Notes under the pieces: model-generated | Database searches by the model: none | Seen by the model: only the letters and a program-made list of their open reading frames with translations | What the model was told of the DNA's origin: nothing | Part shown: positions 54,840-64,000 of the stretch, piece after piece | Layout: the number at the start of each line of letters is the position of its first letter | Position numbering within the stretch: position 1 is the first letter of the stretch | Assembly (NCBI GenBank): GCA_951406725.2 | Contig: OX597839.1 | Location: forward strand, 14,384,001 to 14,448,000 | Length of the DNA stretch: 64,000 nt | Origin: Octopus vulgaris | Lineage: Eukaryota | Reading direction: 5' to 3' | Program-made: the position numbers and the translations under genes

Positions 54840-54882
54840 CCACTACAAATGTTTCATGTCTGCTCCGACAATCTTCAGGTGG
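54840..54882 (-). ncRNA. Minimal type-I hammerhead ribozyme motif in a Penelope-like repeat
   Basis: CCAC-CTGAAGA-T-TGTC(ggagca)GACA-T-GAAA-CATTTG-TA-GTGG. All three stems can form. Confidence 0.6.
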
Positions 54883-54946
54883 ATTTTCGATCTTCTAATC
54901 AGTATCAAATTTTTCCCTGTAATTTTGGATTCATTCCCTAATATTT

Positions 54947-54996
<50 letters not shown>

Positions 54997-57049
54997 TTCA
55001 GGCATGGATGTGTGGGTAAGAATCTCACTTTGCAACTATGTGGTTTCAGGCTCAGTCTCACATCATCTTCTACTATAGTTCTAGGAAGCTGACCAATGCC
55101 TTGTGGGTGAAGTTGGTAGCCAGAAACTGCATGAAATCATTACATGTGGATTAATGACTATTCATTCACAATCTAAATGTTATTGACTCCCATTTATCTT
55201 TTCCACACCTCTCCCCCTATCTTTCACCTGCACTCTTCCTCACTCTTCATCTTCTCTCTCTCTTAACTGTATTTATTTATTTATCCATTTATTTAGTTAT
55301 TTAATATATATATATATATATATATTAATATTTTACTTACCAATATTCATTCCATTCTAAGTTATTAGGCTGCTTTAATTTTTAATTTTTTAATTCATAT
55401 TTTATATTTCTATATTTTGCATGTATTATATATCTTATATTTTATTTACCTCTACTTTGGCTGTCCACATAATTATTTTCTTTCTTTATGTCTTTCTCTC
55501 ATTCTTTTCTTTTCCTTTTTTCCCCTCATTATCTCTCTCTCTCACTCTCCCCATTTCACTTGTATCTAATATATTTCCTTCTTATTCAGTTGTTTTTTCT
55601 CCCCTTTCCTTCCCAAAATACTTACAAAGTGCCTTGTTTTCTAACCCAAATTAGGACATAATCATCTGTAACTTACTGCAATTATGTGTTCCATGATGAT
55701 CTATTGTGGCTGAGTATCTAAAAGCATTTGGAACACTTATTGCTGGGTTCCAAGCAACCACAGTGGTGAAATGTACATAGGAACTATAACATAAACTTTG
55801 CGTTTATCCTTATTTCTTCTGTATATACATCAATGCCATCATCATCATCATCCAATGTCTGCTTTCCATGCTAGTTGGATGATTTGACAGGAGCTGGTAA
55901 TCCAGAGCACTGCGTGAGCTTCACTCTATTTCAGCATGGTTTTTACAGCTGGATGCCCTTCCTAATGCCATCTGGGTGGTTTTTACATGGTATCATCATT
56001 GACAAGTTTACCAAGTAATTTGTAAGACTAAGATCCCTTGAGGGGTGAAGGTGATATTGAAGGAGGTGGCTTTGTGCCATGTGGTGAGAGGTTAGTGTGT
56101 GACAGAGGGACAGAAACAGTTGTCTTGGTGTAGAGGAGATATATGGTTATCCCCAGTCAGAGATAGGGGAGAGAGGAAGAGAGAGAGCTGGGAAGTGAGA
56201 GAGGGGGAGAGACAGAGGAATGGTGGTGATGTGGCAGGGCTTACTCTCAAGGTATGTGAATGTGAATATAAATGGGATAGTAGAGGATTGCCTAGGGTGC
56301 CTGTGGATGCCAAGCATGGTGGGGTGAGCGAGGATAATGCAGTGACTGGTGAGACCTGGAGATATAAGGAAAGGTGGATGACAGGATAGCAATGATACAG
56401 TTGACATAGCAAGGAGGACAGGAGTGGGGACGAGGAGATAAGCATAGTGCATGAAGAGGAGGAGATTTGAGGAAGTGGAGAAGAGGAAACATAGTTTGGT
56501 TTATTGGGGTAGGATGTGTGAAAAATGTAATGTCACATGTGGGTGGAACACAATGCACTTCTAGAATTCAGTTTTGCTGAGGTGGGTGGGTCTTCTCAAG
56601 AATCTCATATTGCTAGACATCTCAGTCCATTGTTATCTCCTTTGTGATGCCCAACATCTAGAGATTGGTCCTTATAACTTCATCCTATGTCCTCCTGGCT
56701 CTCCCTCTTCCACAGGCACCATCTGCTTTCAGTGATCAATACTTCTTTATACAGCTATCTTCATTCATATGCATCACATGTCCAAACCAATGTGGTCTTC
56801 TCTCTTGCTAGCTGCATCTGATTCCTCTTATGCCCATCTTTTCTCTCTGTACATTTGCACTTTGTCATACATGCACACTGATATTGCATATTCATCAAAG
56901 TATACTAGTTTTATTCTTCTCGAGTCTAAAATGCCTTACACATTCAAGGCACTATCATGGAGTAAATCTGTTTGTACACAAGCAGCATACAATGTTCCTT
57001 TCACCCTGAGAGAAAGAGAGAGAGAGAGTTAGAGAGAGTTAGAGAGAGT

Positions 57050-57111
<62 letters not shown>

Positions 57112-59339
57112 TTTTGTTGCCAACAGAGGCAATGGCTCTCTGGACTTCCTCCACCCTATTCTTATTCAACCAACAATACTTTCAGAATATCTTCCACCAT
57201 TGCTAATTTGGTCACCTAAAATATTTCATTAAGCAAAAATGATAATGAAAAGAATGCAATCCATGATTTTCTATTGGTTTCATTGGCTTCCACAGCACAA
57301 AATTACTATCAGCCAATTTTGACTCAATATATCCTATAGAAGTTTGACAAGAAATCGAGTTTGAGAGATTTTCGGGGTTGCATTGTTTGACCCTTTTGAT
57401 ATTCGTCTGATAATCTTGTTCCTAGGATAGAAACTTTCTGTCTTCAAGTGATCTAAATTAAAACATTTTCCTGTTAATTCATGTCCCAAACACCAGCTTA
57501 ATAACGACAAGTTTATCTTTGTAAATTCTTCATTATTTTCAAAATTGTTAGAAACAAAAGCAAGTATTTCTGCTGAAATATAGTAGCCAAAGGGTTAAAC
57601 TGTACCTTTACCAATTACATTAATAAGTAGCAAACTTTGTGTTATACAAAATATTGATGCACGACAATACTTTTGCTTTTGTGAAAGCGGCTTATAAAAC
57701 ATGCCAAATATTCTTGTCATTAGTTAACTATGATGGTGTGAATAGACTATTGAGTAATGTATAAAGGCAGCAAGTAGTGCAGAACAAGGAGTACATGTAG
57801 ATTTTAATCAAAACTCTGTACTTCAAAACCTAACGAAGCTCAACAAGGTCAAATACAGAATCATAGTAATTTAGGTGAAGCTTCATTATATTAATCACAA
57901 TAACTTAAGATGTCTAGAAAGACGAAAACGAAAACGGGAAAAACAATTAGGTACAGCAGAAAAACGAAGTACAGGACATGCTGCACAAGGAAGAATCCCC
58001 TTCATCAGCTGTCGCTAGCAGACATAGCGTGTTTCGAAGGCAAGACAGGACACGTCTGGTCATGCTAGGCCTTCCTACGAGAGAATTAAAATAAAATAAC
58101 CTCGTAGAGGGGTAAAACGAGCAAGAAAAAATATATATATATATGTATTTATTATGTATGTATGTATATGTATTTATGTATTATGAATGTATATATGTAC
58201 ATGTGTACATAAATATATGTTTATGATGTATGCAAGCATGTATGCATACATATATGCATGTATGCTTTTGTATGTATGTATCATTTGAAAATTTATACCA
58301 ACATTTGATATAAAACATTAGTGAGAAAAACAAAATATGATCTTTTACAACACGTTCCATGTCTTATGTTCAACATCCCCAAACTATTCTCACAATAGCA
58401 ATGAGCAACTGACTCACAATTACAATGAGCAACTGACTGGTTCTTGGAAACCCAGAACCAAAGGTATCATATTTCATAACTGGAAGAGTATATAATACCT
58501 GTATAATATCTAAATAAATAAGTAAATCTTTGAGTTGAAATACCTTTCTTTGTGAGGTTAATATTGTATATATTGTAAAAATATATATAATGTTTATTTA
58601 TTGGCCATTATGTCCAGGAGACAATATTTCTCTTGCTTCAAGAATTGACACCAAAATCTTATGACTGTACACCCAAGCCTGTTTCTGCTATAAGGTGCAG
58701 TGGACACTTAGTTGAGTGCCTGAATAACATCTGATAGCTTCAATGGAGCCTCAAATATGAAGTACATTTTATTTGGGAAAAGAATTAAAATTTTGCAATA
58801 TACAGGGAAGGCATTACCAGTGAAAAAGTCATTGCTGGTGTATGTCCAAGCGACAATTAGATTTACTAGTAAGCACATAAATGTGAAACAAGGGAGCAAA
58901 AAATAATACTAGACTACTGGAGGTAGAGTAATATGCTTTATTATTAAAGCTGCAAAAGCATCACAAAAATATCACGAAAAACTGTAACTCAGATTTTCAT
59001 GTTCCTGTTCGCTGGGCCATTGTGGTCAAGAATGAATGTGAGACTGAATAGCAGTTTTTTGTGATATCTTTGTGATGTTTTTTGCAGCTTTAATAATACT
59101 CTCTATAACTTTAAATACTTTCCTTCAAAAACTCATACATCAAAATCGACAGGAGCAACCGTCATCATCACCATTATTATTATTTATTATTATTATTATA
59201 AATCATATTCCACCAAGGTCAACTTTGCCTTTCATCCTTTTGGGGTCGATAAATTACATAGCAGTCAAATACTAGTCAAATACATGATTGACTTTTCCGA
59301 TCCCCTTGGAATTGAAAGAATTATTATCATTATTATTAC

Positions 59340-59392
<53 letters not shown>

Positions 59393-59533
59393 GTTTACAA
59401 TGAAAATAAATTTTAAAAAGTGAAATGAAATTATATAGAAGAGAAATGTGGATCCATTGATTTAAGAGAGAAAGATATTCAAGTGAGTAATTGAGAAATT
59501 AACGAACATAGAAGCAATAAAGTACACAGTTAC

Positions 59534-59576
59534 CTGTTAGAAGAAAGGTAATGAGAACAGACCATGCAGGAACCAT
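59534..59576 (-). CDS. Ly6/uPAR (quiver-like) gene 1, coding exon 1: signal peptide MVPAWSVLITFLLT
   Basis: ATG at 59576, 14 mostly hydrophobic codons, then a phase-1 donor ACAG|GTAACT. Joins in frame to the 43926-44102 exon to give MVPAWSVLITFLLTVSTSNG-LSCYSC, a typical signal peptide plus cleavage site. The link across a 15.4-kb intron is inferred. Confidence 0.72.
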
Positions 59577-60449
59577 TGTTGCTGTAACTCATAAATGTTA
59601 TGTTCCTCTCACCTTCGGATCACGTCTATTTCTTATCAACAGTCTTGACTGTTCATTTGAGTGTACTCACCCCCCTCTAAGCCTGCTGGTAACTTGAAAT
59701 AGGTTTGAATATTGATAAGTAGTCTGTCGTCATTATCATCATCATGATTGGATAATAATTACAAAGCTGAAGATAAAGTTATAGAGTAAGAGTGATATAT
59801 TATGTTTTATCAGTCTCTTTTTTTTTTGTTGCTTGTTTCAGTTATCTGACTGAGGCCAAGCTGGGGCACTGATTTGAAGGGTTTTTAGTTGATGAAATCT
59901 AACCCAGGACTTGATTTTTGTTTTATTGAACGTCTAGTACTTAATCTTTCAGTCTCTTTTGCCAAATTGCTAAGTTACAGTTTGATGTAAACAAGCCAAC
60001 ATTGGTTATCAAGTGTTGGTAAGGGGAAAAAACACAAAAACTCTTCCCCCCACCGCATATTCCCCCACCTCCACCTCCACACAGATATGCAGACATACAC
60101 ACACAGACACATCACACACACACACACACATACCACATACACATAAACACACCCCCACGCACACGCTATACTACATACACATGCATGCACACACACATAC
60201 ACCCACACACATATATCACATACACATACAAACACACCGATATACATGCACACACACTCATACATGATGATTTTACATATAGTTTCCATTGAACAAATTC
60301 ACTCACAAGGTATTGATTGGCATTCGGCCATAGGAGAAGATACTTTCTCAATGTGCTCTACTGTGGGATTGAACCTGAAACCATGTGATTGCAAACCAAG
60401 CTTCTTAACCACACAGCCATGCTTGCACCTCTTTTGCTCTTTTTGCTCT

Positions 60450-60843
60450 TTTACTTGTTTCAGTCATTTGACTGTGGCCATGCTGGAGCACCGCCTTTAG
60501 TCGAGCTAATCGACCCCAGGACTTATTCTTTGTAAGCCCAGTACTTATTCTATCGGTCTCTTTTGCCGAACCGCTAAGTGACGGGGACGTAAACACACCA
60601 GCATCGGTTGTCAAGCAATGCTAGGGGGACAAACACAGACACACAAACACACACACACATATACATATATATACATATATACGACAGGCTTCTTTCAGTT
60701 TCCGTCTACCAAATCCACTCACAAGGCATTGGTCGGCCCGGGGCTATAGCAGAAGACACTTGCCCAAGATGCCCCGCAGTGGGACTGAACCCGGAACCAT
60801 GTGGTTGGTTAGCAAGCTACTTACCACACAGCCACTCCTGCGC
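60450..60843 (-). mobile_element. Young full-length tRNA-derived SINE
   Basis: Head ggcgcaggagtggctgtgtggtaagtagc and B-box-like ggttcagtccc. Near-identical copy at 45700-46062; other copies at 53680-54240 and 45130-45550. Confidence 0.9.
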
Positions 60844-60849
60844 CTACAT

Positions 60850-60893
<44 letters not shown>

Positions 60894-61734
60894 TTTTTAA
60901 ATTTTTATTTTTATATTTAATGTAGGATAAAATTTTTTCAAAACAAAATTTTATCAATGGCCAGCATATTAAAAAATACCTTTAAAGGTATTGTGAAAAA
61001 TTATAATGGTTATGGACAATATGTCTAATTTCGGCATATTTGGCATTAGAAATTTTTTCGTTTGCTCTTATTTATAAGTTGTATATATATATATATATAT
61101 ACATGTGTACATACATATGTACATACATATACACACACACACACATGCATGTATACATACATGTATATTATGTACATATATCTATATATCTTTATTTATC
61201 TAACTGTTGTACTCCTTATGTCAGACTAATACCTACCCTGGTACAGCAGTGTAATTAGTAAGATAAGTATGACCATGACAATCTATGGCCCTCTACTGCG
61301 TACTCTCTCTCTCTTTATACTGACCAATGTCACCTTATTTATATTGACTCATCATGTAGAAGGGGATGCACCATTATTACTATTATCCCCACAACATCTC
61401 CCTTTTAACTTTTTCTTTTTTTCTTAGGGAGTGTCATTTTTTTTCTTTTAATACCAATACTTTTTTTATATCACTCCATCTCCCATTTTTGAGTTTTTTT
61501 TTACTTTGTTACACATTTAATATTTTTTCCATTTGGCATCTACTGCCAGGAACTCCATACGTTTTCTCATTCTTTCACTTGTGCACCTGGGTTCTATCAC
61601 CTGTAGTGGTATTGGTATTTAAAAAGCATCATATAACCACTCCACTGATTCTTCCATTCTCTTGGGTTCGCTCTCAACGAATCTTGTTTTCAGTTGATTC
61701 ATGTGTCTCTTGTACATGCCTTTTCAAATTTATA

Positions 61735-61791
<57 letters not shown>

Positions 61792-62021
61792 TAATCCCTT
61801 GACTATCATGGGTGTTACATTTTAAACCCCACTCCATGATAGGTGAAAATCTGAGAAGTAGAAACAGTTCTGTACTGTATCAAGTTTTTATTTATTTTTT
61901 TAATATGTATATATTCATTTCATTTTAAATGCAAAACAACACCACAGTGGAATTGATAGAAGTTTAAATAAAACCACGATAGGTGAACCACGATATGGCA
62001 AGGGATTACTGTATGTGTGTG

Positions 62022-62069
<48 letters not shown>

Positions 62070-62073
<4 letters not shown>

Positions 62074-64000
62074 TATGAAGACAGGGAAAAACCCCGGCCC
62101 ATCAGGAATTACTGCAGAGATGCTCAACATATCTGGCAGTATTGGCTATAGCCTAGTCACCGTTTAGTTAACTAGGTGATACACGAAGGAGTCATACCCA
62201 ATGACTAGTGTAGCAGCATTAATAGTCAACTGCTACAAAAGTAAAGGTGACGCTTTAGATACAAATAATTACAGAGGTATCAAGCTGTTGGATCAGGTAA
62301 TGAAGGTCATGGGGAGGGTCATAACCCAACTAATTGGGGAGAGAGTCAGTTTAGATGAGATGCAGTTTGGGTTCATGCCAGGGAGAAGCACCACTGATAC
62401 TATATTTATGGTAAGACAGCTGCAGGAGAAATACCTAGCCAAGGATAAACCTCTGTACATGGCTTTTGTTGACATAGAGAAAGCCTTTGACAGGGTCCCC
62501 TGAGGTGGTCAATGAGGAAACTAGGGATAGATGAATGGTTAGTGAGAGCTGTGCAAGCTAGTACAGGGACACTGTCAGTAAGGTGAGTATTGGCAACAAG
62601 TTCATTGAAGAATTCCAGGTAGAAGTAGGGGTTCACCAAAGTTCAGTCCTCAGCCTCCTCCTATTTATTATAGTTCCCCAGGCAATAACGGAGGAATTCA
62701 AGACAGGATGCTCCTGGAGATCCTCTAATTGCCCAGTCACTATCAGAACTAGAGAAGTTTCAGGTGTGGAAGTAAGGATTAGAATCGTAGGGCCTTAGAG
62801 TCAACCTAGCTAAAACCAAAGTTCTAATAGGTAGGAAGGCAGGCAAACCACAAATCCCTTCAGGTAGATGGCCCTGCTTGATCTGTAGAAAAGGCATAGG
62901 TAGAAACTCAATAAGATGTACCCAGTGTAGACTATGGACACATAAGAGTGCAGCAATATCAAAGGAAGGCTAACTGAGAAGATAGTTTTTGTATGTGGTA
63001 GATGCTCAGGAGCAATAAACATTGAAAAAAGTGCAGAGAACAACTTCTGCCACATTCCAGGGAGAAAAACTAGAAGTAGTCAATAGCTTCTGTTACCTAG
63101 GCGACCAAGTCAGTAGTCGGGGTGGGTGCACTGAAAGTGTAGCTGCTAGAATAAGAATAGCCTGGGCAAAGTTCAGAGAGCTCTTACTTCTGCTGGTGAC
63201 AAATGGTCTCTCGCTCAGAGTAATAGGCAGTGAAACATGGGCCGTGACTGCTGAGGATATGCGTAAGCTCGCAAGGAATGAAGCCAGTATGCTCCACTGG
63301 ATGTGTAATGTTAGTGTGCATACTCGACAGAGTGTATGTACCTTGAGAGAAAAGTTGTACCTAAGAAGCATCAGATGTAGTGTGCAAGATAGATGACTGC
63401 GCTGGTATGGTCATGTGGTGAGAATCGATGAGGATAGCTGTGTGAAAAAGTACCACACCCTAGCGGTTGAAGGAACCTGTAGAAGAGGTAGATCTAGGAA
63501 GACCTGGGATGAAGTGGTGAAGCATGACCTTCGAATATTGGGCCTCACTGAGGCAATGACTAGCGACCGAGACTTTTGGAAATATGCTGTGCTTGAGAAG
63601 AGCTGGCAAGCCAAATGAGACCATAACCTTATGGCCTATGCCAGGGTTGTAACCAGCCCACTTATGCATACCTTCCCTTCATTGGACACTGATTGCGAAG
63701 ACCTGTTGAGGCAAGTGAAATCGAAATCAAACTCAATGACTGGCATCTGTGCTGGTGGCACGTAAAAAGCATCATTCGAGCGTGATCGTTACCAGTGTCG
63801 CCTTACTGGCACTTGTGCTGGTGTGCAGGTGGCATGTAAAAAAAATCACCATTTGGGCATGGCCGTTGCCAGTACCGCCAGACGCCAGACTGGCCTTCTT
63901 TCTGGTGATACGTAAAAGCACCCACTACACTCTCGGAGTGGTCGGCGTTAGGAAGGGCATCCAGCTATAGAAACTCTGCCAGATCAAGATTGGAGCCTGG
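62070..64000 (+). mobile_element. Degenerate second copy of the RTE LINE (frameshifts, stops, deletions)
   Basis: Collinear with 49040-51480 (NNYRGIKLLDQVMKV, QFGF, PHD-like remnant, KTWDEVVKHDLR, 3' tail). The YADD region is deleted. Confidence 0.92.

Noticed and set aside
59582-59670. Possible 89-nt 5'UTR intron upstream of the gene 1 ATG
   Set aside because: The donor is good but the acceptor has a poor pyrimidine tract. It needs transcript data.

Overview
AT-rich, repeat-dense eukaryotic DNA. The SINE families, (TA)n/(CA)n/(TAA)n/(GAT)n microsatellites and RTE LINEs are consistent with an octopus (cephalopod) genome; this assignment is an inference. Most ORFs in the supplied track are microsatellite or transposon artefacts. 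Reading the minus strand exon by exon shows two paralogous genes for GPI-anchored Ly6/uPAR (three-finger, quiver/sleepless-like) proteins. Each has one signal-peptide exon and one 177-nt N-half exon, but TWO intact C-terminal exons that each complete the domain and supply their own GPI signal. The order 5'->3' is: 59.5k signal, 44.0k N-half, 34.6k C-half, 24.7k C-half; then 19.0k signal, 15.2k N-half, 9.8k C-half, 1.8k C-half. This suggests alternative-last-exon, possibly combinatorial, diversification of three-finger proteins. The introns contain a young 5'-truncated RTE LINE with an intact ORF carrying a PHD-like finger, a decayed copy of it, mariner/maT remnants, Tx1-, CR1-, I/Jockey- and R4/Dong-like fragments, Penelope-like fold-backs with minimal hammerhead ribozyme cores, and many SINEs and MITEs.
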